A DNA stretch of 63,819 nucleotides, counting the filler. It is 9 parts of 9 records of this genome, joined end to end, with 100 filler letters (N's around TTAATTAATTAA, not from the genome) between each part and the next. Parts side by side here need not be neighbours in the genome. Positions count along the whole stretch, not along the records: positions 31,244 to 36,263 come from SRR31147125_50490; positions 36,364 to 41,554 come from SRR31147125_50494; positions 41,655 to 48,977 come from SRR31147125_50530; 6 more parts are not named here. One strand, 5' to 3'. The translations under genes and the position numbers were made by a program. The notes under the pieces are model-generated. The model did not search any database, was not told where the DNA came from, and saw only the letters and a program-made list of their open reading frames with translations. Shown piece after piece: positions 32,321 to 41,662 of the stretch (positions are counted from its first letter, which is position 1; each line of letters opens with the position of its first letter).

Positions 32321-33028
32321 TCAGATAACACCTTTTATAAAATTGAACATAAAATTTGTTGTGTAAAAGAATGACGCAAAGGCGGAATCGTAAAGTAAAT
32401 CATATATTTGAGTTATTGGCATTAAAATAAGCGCTAGAGGAGTTAGCATAAAAACTCCGTACGTAATAAAGCAGCCTCGTATAAAACCCAAAAAAGCAGC
32501 AATCAAAGTATCGTGCCTTTTTAAGACAGGAAACTTAAAAGTATAATTGAAAGAATTAATAATAAAGCCAAAGATAAATGTAGATATAAAAAATATAATG
32601 ACAAATGATAGAATATTTATAAACACGTTGGAAACAGTAATATCATAATAATCGCCAAGAGTGAAATAATCGTACTTTTCAAAAACTTTACCAACAATAT
32701 TGTCCTTTATAAGGCCATTAAAAGGTATAGGCAAATTAGATTCATTCACAAGCTCGTTTATTCTACTATAAGATAAATCATCAATCAGTAATTTTGTGTT
32801 TTCAAAAGAAACAATCCTTTCAGAACCTTCGGTGAAATTATATATAAAAGTGTACACCGATTTATTGTTTAAAAGAGATTTTGCTATAATAGGTGTGAAC
32901 ATTATACAGCTTAGCCAAGAAAAGAAGAAAGAACCCAAGCTAAATGCTGAGTGTATAAAACCTCTGTAAACCCCTGTTAAAGTTATGTATGCAATTAATA
33001 TGAGTACTAGCCAATCAATAATATTCAT
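32321..33028 (-). CDS. CvpA-family membrane protein
   Basis: MNIIDWLVL..GVYRGFI, DTLIAAFLGFIRG. Confidence 0.75.
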   Translation of the reverse strand: MNIIDWLVLILIAYITLTGVYRGFIHSAFSLGSFFFSWLSCIMFTPIIAKSLLNNKSVYTFIYNFTEGSERIVSFENTKLLIDDLSYSRINELVNESNLPIPFNGLIKDNIVGKVFEKYDYFTLGDYYDITVSNVFINILSFVIIFFISTFIFGFIINSFNYTFKFPVLKRHDTLIAAFLGFIRGCFITYGVFMLTPLALILMPITQIYDLLYDSAFASFFYTTNFMFNFIKGVI

Positions 33029-33076
33029 TTATTCCTCCAAATAGTAAGTTGTGATTTAAAAAAGTTTCATCTATTT

Positions 33077-34181
33077 TTATGGTAAATCAAGAAGCTTATA
33101 GGAATTGCCATATTTAATAAGAGCAGTATTGTCTTTAGCAATCGTAATAAATTCTATTTCCTCATCAAAACTATAATTTTTTTGATAAACTCCTTTTGTA
33201 TTATATATATAAATAAAATCGTTTCCAAATAAATATAAGCTATGATTATTCATATGCATATCATTTATCTTTACAGGAAAGTTGATTTTATAATAATAAT
33301 TTTCATATAATATTTTTGCGTTCATATAATAATCTTCTCTGTTTTGTACTCTTGGAACAACTACAAAACAAGGCGTATCTCCGTGGATGTTTTGCGCTTT
33401 AATATCCCAATCGTATATAGTACTAGAACTTATTTCATTGCTAAATCTATCAAACTTAGTAAGATTCTCTGTAGTAGCAACATACATAAACTCATCGCTA
33501 AAAAACACTTTATAAGCAATTTCAGAATACAGATTGGTAAGCCCTGTCATCGACACTCCCGGTGTATAAGTAATAACTCTAGAAACAGGAACAGAGTTAT
33601 CGGGGTCGGTCGTTAAGAACCATATTTCATCAGAATCTAAAAAGTCAAAGTCTACAACATACTGCGGCGTAAAACTTATAGAATCAAAAACCGTTTCAGA
33701 AGTGTTGTAAAAATAAACAATATTCTCTCCGATTTCATCATCGTTTATTATTTGGCTAAATACAGCTACTACATTGTTTCCGCATTTAACATCAAATATA
33801 GTTCCTGCTACTTGAGTAGAATATAAGTATTCTCCGGTAATAGACATAACCTGTAGTGTCTTTTCATCGTAAAAAGCAATAAGAGTATCAGAAGCTGCAA
33901 GTTTATTATCAGATGAGTTTATTTCTTTTGCATAAACATGTAATTCATTGTTGTATTCAAATAAGCTAAGCTTTTTATCTTCAAGAGTGATATAGTACTC
34001 ATCTAAAAACATATTGTGAGCTATCATTTATATTGACATCAACAAAACTATTCTCTAAAGTATTATCATTTTTATTATATAAATATAAACTTATAAGAAG
34101 CATGATAATTGATAAAACAAGCAGAACTACAAAAATAGTAAGTCTAGCGTAATTTTTAACCTGCAAGCGTTTTTTTGCCAT
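33077..34181 (-). CDS. Membrane-anchored beta-propeller-like protein (DUF5711-like), frameshifted
   Basis: TM anchor in 33999..34181 overlaps the beta-rich ORF 33077..34027; context upstream of cvpA. Confidence 0.5.
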
Positions 34182-34254
34182 ATTTAAGTATTTCCTTATA
34201 AATAATTTTTATAAGATGATTATATATTTTTTTTAATAGTGTGTAAATGAAATT

Positions 34255-34509
34255 TTAGAATAGTCGAGAATATACACCTGTTTGTAAAATGTGTGCGGCG
34301 TGTTTTGGGTCTATATTTGTTACATCTAAAAACAAAGTTGGTTTTTTTGGATGCAAAGAAGAAATAATATTATTTGATGTACTACGCTTATATATCAAAG
34401 CATCAAAATATTTCGCCTCGCTATATTCAACAAGTGTAAGGTTGTATTTTGCAAGCAGTAAGGCGTATTCCTCGATATCTGATGTAAAAGCGATTACCAT
34501 AATAATCAT
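34255..34509 (-). CDS. YkuS/UPF0180-like small protein
   Basis: DALIY and C-terminal YSRLF; size and context. Confidence 0.5.
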   Translation of the reverse strand: MIIMVIAFTSDIEEYALLLAKYNLTLVEYSEAKYFDALIYKRSTSNNIISSLHPKKPTLFLDVTNIDPKHAAHILQTGVYSRLF

Positions 34510-34675
34510 TCCCTTTCATATCGTGAAAAGATTCTTTAAAATATCTTGGTTTTATTGTTGGTAAATTTACAAATGTTTATTCATTGTTAAAACAAATAAT
34601 ATAGTAATTAATAATAATATTTGATATAATCTACAGTACGAAAACAATATATAAAAAAAGAAGGTAAAAAGATTT

Positions 34676-35509
34676 ATGCAAATTACAAAGATGCATGGTC
34701 TTGGAAATGACTTTATAATTTATTATCCAAGAAATAGCAAAGAGGTGGGTTTTGATTATCCAAAGTTAGCAAAGGAAATGTGTGCAAGAAGACTGGGTAT
34801 AGGTGCTGATGGTCTTATTTTAGTTATGCCATCAGAAACTTGTGATATTCAAATGGTAATATACAATGCTGATGGTAGCCAAGCTGAAATGTGCGGTAAT
34901 GGGATTAGGTGCTTTGCTAAGTATGTGTATGAAAAAGGCATAGTAAAGAAAGAAGACATGACAATTGAAACATTGGCGGGTGTTATAAAACCTAAGTTAT
35001 CAATCGAAAATGGAACGGTAACTATGATTAGTGTTGATATGGGCACTCCTATTTTTGAACCTAAAAATATACCAGTGAATATTGAAAAAAGCAAGTTGAT
35101 GAATTATTCGCTTAATATAGAAGCAAAAGATTTTGATATCGCAGTTACAAATACTGGGGTTCCTCATACTATGGTTTTTGTTGATGAAATAGATGAGAAT
35201 ATTGTACGAGAATTTGGACCACTCATTGAAAAGCACGATATCTTTCCTAAAAACACAAATGTGAATTTTGTTAAAGTTCTAGATAAAAACAATATTATAG
35301 TTTCAACATGGGAAAGAGGAGTTGGGCAAACACTAGCTTGTGGTACAGGATGTTGTGCAGCTGTAGTTGCTTGCTATGAAAGAGATTTTTGTGAAAGAAA
35401 TGTAAGAGTTTCTTTGACAGCTGGATATTTGGATATTGAATATAAAGAAGAGAAAAATATCATTATGACAGGTCCTGCCGAAACCGTATTTGAAGGAGTT
35501 TATTTTTAA
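34676..35509 (+). CDS. dapF: Diaminopimelate epimerase
   Basis: KMHGLGNDF, AEMCGNGIRC, WERGVGQTLACGTG. Confidence 0.96.
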   Translation: MQITKMHGLGNDFIIYYPRNSKEVGFDYPKLAKEMCARRLGIGADGLILVMPSETCDIQMVIYNADGSQAEMCGNGIRCFAKYVYEKGIVKKEDMTIETLAGVIKPKLSIENGTVTMISVDMGTPIFEPKNIPVNIEKSKLMNYSLNIEAKDFDIAVTNTGVPHTMVFVDEIDENIVREFGPLIEKHDIFPKNTNVNFVKVLDKNNIIVSTWERGVGQTLACGTGCCAAVVACYERDFCERNVRVSLTAGYLDIEYKEEKNIIMTGPAETVFEGVYF

Positions 35510-35529
35510 TAATAAGAAAAACAAATTTT

Positions 35530-36263
35530 ATGAGTTATACTAAAAATAAGCGTATTATAAATGTTGATAATCATGTTGTATATTTAGCTAAGGTTCTTAG
35601 CGAACATGGTATAGAAATTATGCTAGTTGGTGGATATGTTAGAAATTCGCTTTTAAACTTGGAAACAACAGATTATGACATTACTTCAAAGGCTAAACCT
35701 TTGGAAATAAAAAAGGCACTTGAGGGGAAATTAGAATTTCAAGTAATAGATAAAGCGCTAAACTTTGGTACAATTCAAATTAACTTATATTTAAATAAAG
35801 AAACATACGAATTTGAACACACCACTTTCAGGTGTGATTTTTATGATGAAAACGGAAAACACAGACCAAGCCATGTAGAATTTACTGATGATATTAAAAT
35901 AGATGCAAGCAGAAGAGATTTTACGATTAATGCTATTTACTACAGCATAGAAAAAGATAAACTTATAGATCCGCTTGGCGGCATAAAAGATATTGATAAC
36001 ATGTTAATAAAAGCTGCAAGAGAGGATGCTAGGCTTACTTTAAAAGATGACGGTCTTAGAATTCTACGAATGATAAGGTTTGCATCTCAGCTAAACTTTA
36101 AAATTGATCCGCAACTATTTAAAGCTGCTAAAAAATATGTAGGATATCTTGAGGATATATCACCTGAGAGAAAGCTAAAAGAGCTAAAGCTAATTATGCT
36201 TTCTGATACTAAGTATAAAGATTTTAAAGGTGCTTTTAATACACCAAAGCACAAAAGAGCTTT
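35530..36263 (+). CDS. cca: CCA tRNA nucleotidyltransferase/poly(A) polymerase family, 3'-truncated
   Basis: LVGGYVRN, DYDIT, RRDFTINA, DDGLRILRMIRF. Confidence 0.85.
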
Positions 36264-36363
36264 NNNNNNNNNNNNNNNNNNNNNNNNNNNNNNNNNNNNN
36301 NNNNNNNTTAATTAATTAANNNNNNNNNNNNNNNNNNNNNNNNNNNNNNNNNNNNNNNNNNNN
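36264..36363. other. Artificial contig linker
   Basis: N44-TTAATTAATTAA-N44. Confidence 0.99.
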
Positions 36364-36702
36364 AAAAAAACAAAAAAGCTGTTTCGCTGTATGGCCGGGA
36401 TCAACTCATGCTGCATCGGGTCCGCAGGGGAGTTGAAACTTTGCTCTGCAATGGTGTCGAAAACGTGTACTTATGATTTGAAAAATGGATCGTTAGTTGA
36501 TGCATGGAAGAACTTTGTCCCGAAAGTCATTCAAATGGAATCGTCATCCCATAGATACCTCAACACATGCGGCGGTTGCGCGTTACACGATTTGTGCGCC
36601 TGGTGTCCCGCCCATGCGGACTTGGAATCTGGTGAGATGGATGGTTGCATTGACTATTTCTGTAAGGTTGCACATAAGCGACTGGAAATGGTGGCGGGGT
36701 GA
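36364..36702 (+). CDS. SPASM domain of a radical SAM peptide maturase, 5'-partial
   Basis: LFRCMAG..GELKLC..YDL..GS..W, CGGCALHDLCAWCP...YFC. Confidence 0.85.
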   Translation, partial: KKTKKLFRCMAGINSCCIGSAGELKLCSAMVSKTCTYDLKNGSLVDAWKNFVPKVIQMESSSHRYLNTCGGCALHDLCAWCPAHADLESGEMDGCIDYFCKVAHKRLEMVAG

Positions 36703-36855
36703 GCTTTTGTGACGGGTAGGGTGTATCCCGTCAATGCAATTTGGGCGTGGTGCTGCCGAATCAGCCACAATCTATTTGGCGGATTTGGCGAACTTGTAGG
36801 TTGAAATACACATTTTGAGGGGGCAGTGATGGAAACAAAGAAAAGGAGTGAAACA

Positions 36856-37002
36856 ATGCAAAAGAAAAAGTGGAAAAAACCGGAGCTGGTGGTCATTGTC
36901 AAATGCAAACCGGAAGAGAGTGTTTTGGCCGTGTGCAAGGCGTCCAGATTTTCTTGCGGACATCCTACCGATGGGCCAACTAGTATTATCGCTGCAAGTT
37001 GA
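36856..37002 (+). CDS. Putative RiPP precursor peptide, 48 aa (absent from ORF track)
   Basis: AGGAG RBS at 36844; MQKKKWKKPELVVIVKCKPEESVLAVCKASRFSCGHPTDGPTSIIAAS*; WxxPxL leader motif; lies after the SPASM gene; alternative in-frame ATG at 36829. Confidence 0.75.
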   Translation: MQKKKWKKPELVVIVKCKPEESVLAVCKASRFSCGHPTDGPTSIIAAS

Positions 37003-37058
37003 CGTTAATTGAGTGGTTGATTATTATTAACAGTAATACACTTTAAATGGAGAGAAAA

Positions 37059-37658
37059 ATGAAGAAAGGGATGGTTAGAGAGATACTTCTCATTTGTGTC
37101 GCCATGCTCGGACTGGTAGCACCTGTCGGGGCGTCAATATTACACTATGATTTTGAGCTCGTCGTAGATGAGAAGATCGGGGACAATCCATATTCGTTGG
37201 AGATAGGTAGCGTTATCGATGTTTTGATCGATCTGGATACGGATCAAGGCGAGTCCGACGGAACGAAGAGTCAACACAATGCATCAAATGATACAGAATT
37301 CTTTTTGTCAATGAATTTTGGTGGTACGGTGTATGAATTTACAGATGATATGTGGTATGAGCCGAGCCATGAATTTCCTATTGTAACCATTTTGGAAAGC
37401 GACCTGAGTATTAATGTCATTGATTTCATGATAAAAATAGATTCCGATTATATCGGTATCGGTATGCAATCAACCCAGAGATCGTTCGATGATCCTCATA
37501 CTTTCGGAGAAGGAGAAGATGAGACTGGAGACCAATGGTCTTTTTCCGGTGCACTGCCGGAGGGGGTAAAACCGATCCCGGAACCGAGCACAATGCTTCT
37601 TTGCGGTATGGGACTGTTGGGGCTTACCCGGTTGACAAGAAAAAAAGAGTGCTGTTGA
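37059..37658 (+). CDS. PEP-CTERM sorting-domain protein
   Basis: Signal peptide; acidic body; C-terminal PIPEPSTMLLCGMGLLGLTRLTRKK. Confidence 0.92.
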   Translation: MKKGMVREILLICVAMLGLVAPVGASILHYDFELVVDEKIGDNPYSLEIGSVIDVLIDLDTDQGESDGTKSQHNASNDTEFFLSMNFGGTVYEFTDDMWYEPSHEFPIVTILESDLSINVIDFMIKIDSDYIGIGMQSTQRSFDDPHTFGEGEDETGDQWSFSGALPEGVKPIPEPSTMLLCGMGLLGLTRLTRKKECC

Positions 37659-38112
37659 TTTATTGAGACGGAACTGTCGGATGCATTTTTTGCTTTCAAA
37701 TCCTATGATACGATATCTTGCTGTTTTGATGATTCTTTTCCTATGTATGACTGATACTGGAGCTGCGTGTCAACATCGCCACCCTTCTGACGCATCCAAC
37801 AATGAAAAAAACGTGTTGATAACGCTCGCTTCCCAAGCCGGGCTGAGTGTCGTAACCCGATGTGGGCGTATTGATTCAAGAATCACTCTGTTTTTGTTCG
37901 TGAAATTGCTTCAGGAAGTGCTTTCATGGCAGGGTACCCAATGTGCCTATGCCAATGAGTCCATTGCGGATTGTCGAATTTATTGCGCTGATTGGGCCTG
38001 GAACCGGGGCTGCAAAACATGGCTTCCTGAAGCATCCCAATACTGTATAAAATACTTCTCTGCAGCATCAGATGAGTAGGCAATATTGATGCCTCTGCCG
38101 GAAAAGAGACAG

Positions 38113-39458
38113 ATGATAAAAATTGCCGCCATTTTGTCGGTCGGTTTGCCCCTTCTCACCATATTGAGTTCATTGTACATTTCCCGGGGGCATTACAGAC
38201 ATGCGGAGCTGGGACTTGCCAACGGTGTCTATGAGCCCATGGCAGCCCATTTGTACGACGCCCTCGATGCCCTCCTCTGGGGCTTGCCCCTCTATTTTGC
38301 CGGGCGGATTTGCAAAAAATCCATACCGGTCTTGGAAGGGTGTGGTATGAGCGGGGGAGACGGTCGGTTTCCAATGCTGTGGATCAATTCTCCAACATGC
38401 AAACCGCACTATCCCACTATACCCGGGCATTGGATTTAGGATATCGGGATATTGAGGCGATACGCGGCGTTGCCCAGGCCACCGCCGCCCTTGAATTTAC
38501 CCATCAGACACTTTTTCCCGATAGGGAAAACAGGTTCAATGCCCTTCCTCTTTTTATGGCGGTGTCTCAAAAAGATCCGGTTAACTTTACCTCACAAAAT
38601 GAGGTTGCCCATTACCTTTATAAAAAACGACTGGATGCCGCACTTCGCGTGCAGGTGACCCATATGATGGCCCACGCCCCGAACTCATATCGGCGGTTAA
38701 AAAAAGAGAGTTACTATTCAAGTCATCTATGGGATGCCGTGCAACAGGGGCTGGAAAACGCCATTGAAACCCGGGTTGCCGTCCCTCACGCTCACCGATC
38801 CATATCCATGCTTTTTGAAGAGAAAAAAGAGTATGCACAAGCGGCAGGACATCTCAAGATTGCAATGGGATCCCAGCGCGTTGGTTATTCAAGCGCAACC
38901 TATCTTAGGCTGGGAAGACTCCATCTAAAATCGGGGCGTGTCGATGAGGCGCACACAGCGTATATCGCTTCGCTTCGACTCAACTCAAAAAAGTCATCCA
39001 AGATCAAAAAAAAGATCCACACCATATTTTCTCACTATAACCGCCATGGGGACTTGGACGCATTCCTTGAATTTGCCGAAATTGCAAAAAAACGCCGGCT
39101 TTACACAAGGGCGCTGGAATTTGCGAGTGCCAAAGCACAGATTGCGTTGAAGCGGTTTGTCCAGGCAAAAAAGACACTCCGGCATCTCAATGAAATCCAT
39201 TCCGATCCGGAGGTTTATCATTTACTCTCTGAAGTGGCTAGAAAAGAGAAGGACTGGGACCAAATGGAGCTGTGGATTCAAAAAGCCACCATGTTGGAAC
39301 CGGAAAAGGCGTTGTATTTAAAAGTGCTTGCAGAGGCACTGCTTCATCAGAAAAAATATCGCTCCGCTGCAGCCTATATGGAAAAAGCAGTTAATAAAGA
39401 TCCGGGGAATGATCGCTATCAAACATTTCTTGAAACCATTCAGTCTCGAATCAACTAG
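38113..39458 (+). CDS. Membrane-anchored TPR protein, frameshifted
   Basis: N-terminal TM in 38086..38439 joins 38310..39458 by an indel at ~38300; TPR-like YLRLGRLHL..EAHTAY and KAVNKDPGN. Confidence 0.65.
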
Positions 39459-40756
39459 CCACATTCTGCTTGGCTTTACGGTGCTGATTTATCCCCTCAC
39501 CGTGTTCGGCGCGATTTTGCCCGATGGCAAAACCATGGTTTTGATCTTACTGTTTTCATCATTTGCCCTTCATGGGTGTTCTCGCGTACTAACCAATAAG
39601 GATATATGGTGCTCACCGGCCTTGTTGCGCCCGCTATCCGCACTTACGTGTCTTGTCTTCATTTCTATCTTGACTGCGCAAAACAAAGCACGCGCTTTGG
39701 ATTCATTTATATTCTTTACGGCCTATCTTTGCTGTTTTGTGCAATGCCAGGTCATGTTTAAATCCGAAAGACGTCAACGCTATTTTGCGTATGCCTTGTG
39801 GGGGATCACCGTAATCATCTCCCTGAGCGGGTTAGCGGACTATTTCATATGGAGTCAGAAGCTTGAAAAATGGTTTCGATTGAGAGGGCCGTTCGGGAGC
39901 TATAACCTCATGGCCGGATGGTTGGTCATGGCAATCCCGGTATCGATTGGATTGCTCATGTCGGTTCGGAGAAATATCTATTTGCGTATGGCGTTGTACG
40001 CGTCTTTGGGGATTATGTGCATCGCCCTGTTGTTTACCTATTGCCGGGGGGTGGATCGGTGTGGTGATTGGAATGCTTTTTATGGGAGGGGTCTGGTTTG
40101 TGACAAAGCGCCATCGCAGACAATCCATTCAGAAAATATTTTTGTCATTCGCCTGTATTCTTGTTGTTATTGTTCTCTTTTTTTTGTCAAACCCGACTCT
40201 TGTCCGACGTTTCAATACCATGACGCAACTTGAAGTTACCATTGCACTCAATGGTAGGCCGGAGCTGGCAACCGCTGCCGCGGCACTGATACGTGACTAT
40301 CCTTTTACAGGGGTGGGGCCGGGAAATTATGCATCGGAGATCACCCCCTATATGCCGCCCGGAATGGGACGACTCCATTTTACCCATAACGACTATCTGC
40401 AATATATTGCGGATGTGGGCCCGGCCTTAATTCCCATACTCATTTGGCTGGCTTGGATCTATTTTAAAAACGGTGTTTTAAAGGTGAAGCGCGCCGGGTC
40501 TCGAGTGCAGCCCATTGTTCTTGGAGCCATGGGGAGCGGGGTTGGAATGATGGTTTATAGCCTTGGTGATTATAATCTTCATATTGTTGCCAATATCATG
40601 CTGTTTGCGGCGTTGGCGGCGCTGGTGTTGTCACCCCACCCCCATCCCCCTCTTCAAGGATGGAGAGGAAACGATCGGCCGAGGGAATTTGAAGGGGTGG
40701 CGTGTTGGGATGCTTACTGGATGTATCAAATTGATTGGGAGGTGAAAGTTCAATGA
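39409..40756 (+). CDS. O-antigen ligase-family protein, frameshifted
   Basis: RLRGPFGSYN, TYCRGGW (indel in G-run ~40045-40051), YPFTGVGPGNY, FTHNDYLQ, DYNLHI. Confidence 0.8.
40631..40673 (+). repeat. ~40-bp palindromic dispersed repeat, copy 1 (inside the ligase 3' end)
   Basis: TCACCCCACCCCCATCCCCCTCTTCAAGGATGGAGAGGAAACG; similar to 41508 and 47420. Confidence 0.65.
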
Positions 40757-41493
40757 TTGATATCCATGCACATATTCTTCCGGAAATGGATGACGGACCA
40801 AAAACGTTGTTACATGCCATTGAGTTGGTAAAGCAGGCCGGCGCTCAAGGGGTGACGGGAATTATTGCAACCCCGCACTCAATGGATGGTGTCTATCAGT
40901 GCACTCCCCAAGATATTTTTGAAACGTGCGGTCAACTCAATGCGGCATTGAAAAGCGAAGGCGTCCCCATTCATATCCATCCGGGAGCTGAGGTTCGTTT
41001 GACCCATGATTTGATTTCACTTTATGACAGTGGTCAATTGGTGACCCTTGGGGATAACGGAAATTTCCTTTTATTGGAGTTACCCTCCATGTTTATCATC
41101 GATGGGGTTTGTCATATCATCCGTCAACTGGCGGCAAGAGGGGTGGATACGATCATTGCCCATCCGGAAAGAAATCGATTGCTTATAAAAAGGAGTTCAC
41201 TGCTTCTTCAGCTGCTTCAAGAAGGGGCGTTTCTACAAATTACGTCAAGCAGCCTGACAGGCAGCTTTGGGCGCTCCATCAAGAAAATATCAGAGGCAAT
41301 GGTTAAAGAGGGACTGGTCTCATTTGTGGCATCGGATATTCACCCCGGGCGGCGGTGGATGCTTCAAAAAGCGTATGAGAAGGTTCTGGGGCTTGCGGGT
41401 GAAAAGCAGGCGGAAATCATTTTTCGGGAGAATCCCGAGCGGGTTATTGGTCAAGGGAGTGCAGAGGCTGTTTATGTCAAGGGAACGGTTTGA
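40753..41493 (+). CDS. CpsB/CapC PHP-family tyrosine-protein phosphatase
   Basis: MIDIHAHILP..DDG, IIATPH, GAEV, IIAHPERN, ASDIH. Confidence 0.92.
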   Translation: MIDIHAHILPEMDDGPKTLLHAIELVKQAGAQGVTGIIATPHSMDGVYQCTPQDIFETCGQLNAALKSEGVPIHIHPGAEVRLTHDLISLYDSGQLVTLGDNGNFLLLELPSMFIIDGVCHIIRQLAARGVDTIIAHPERNRLLIKRSSLLLQLLQEGAFLQITSSSLTGSFGRSIKKISEAMVKEGLVSFVASDIHPGRRWMLQKAYEKVLGLAGEKQAEIIFRENPERVIGQGSAEAVYVKGTV

Positions 41494-41507
41494 AACGTGT
41501 GGGCCAC

Positions 41508-41549
41508 TCACCTCCCCCCATCCTCCTCTCCATGAATGGAGAGGGGGCG
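41508..41549 (+). repeat. ~40-bp palindromic dispersed repeat, copy 2
   Basis: TCACCTCCCCCCATCCTCCTCTCCATGAATGGAGAGGGGGCG; stem CCTCTCCAT/ATGGAGAGG. Confidence 0.7.
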
Positions 41550-41554
41550 TTTAG

Positions 41555-41654
41555 NNNNNNNNNNNNNNNNNNNNNNNNNNNNNNNNNNNNNNNNNNNNTT
41601 AATTAATTAANNNNNNNNNNNNNNNNNNNNNNNNNNNNNNNNNNNNNNNNNNNN
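41555..41654. other. Artificial contig linker
   Basis: N44-TTAATTAATTAA-N44. Confidence 0.99.
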
Positions 41655-41662
41655 AAAAAAAA

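Noticed and set aside
36703-36830. Sigma-54 promoter for the precursor and PEP-CTERM genes
   Set aside because: Only a poor GG-N10-GC match (TGGGCGTGGTGCTGC); not supportable
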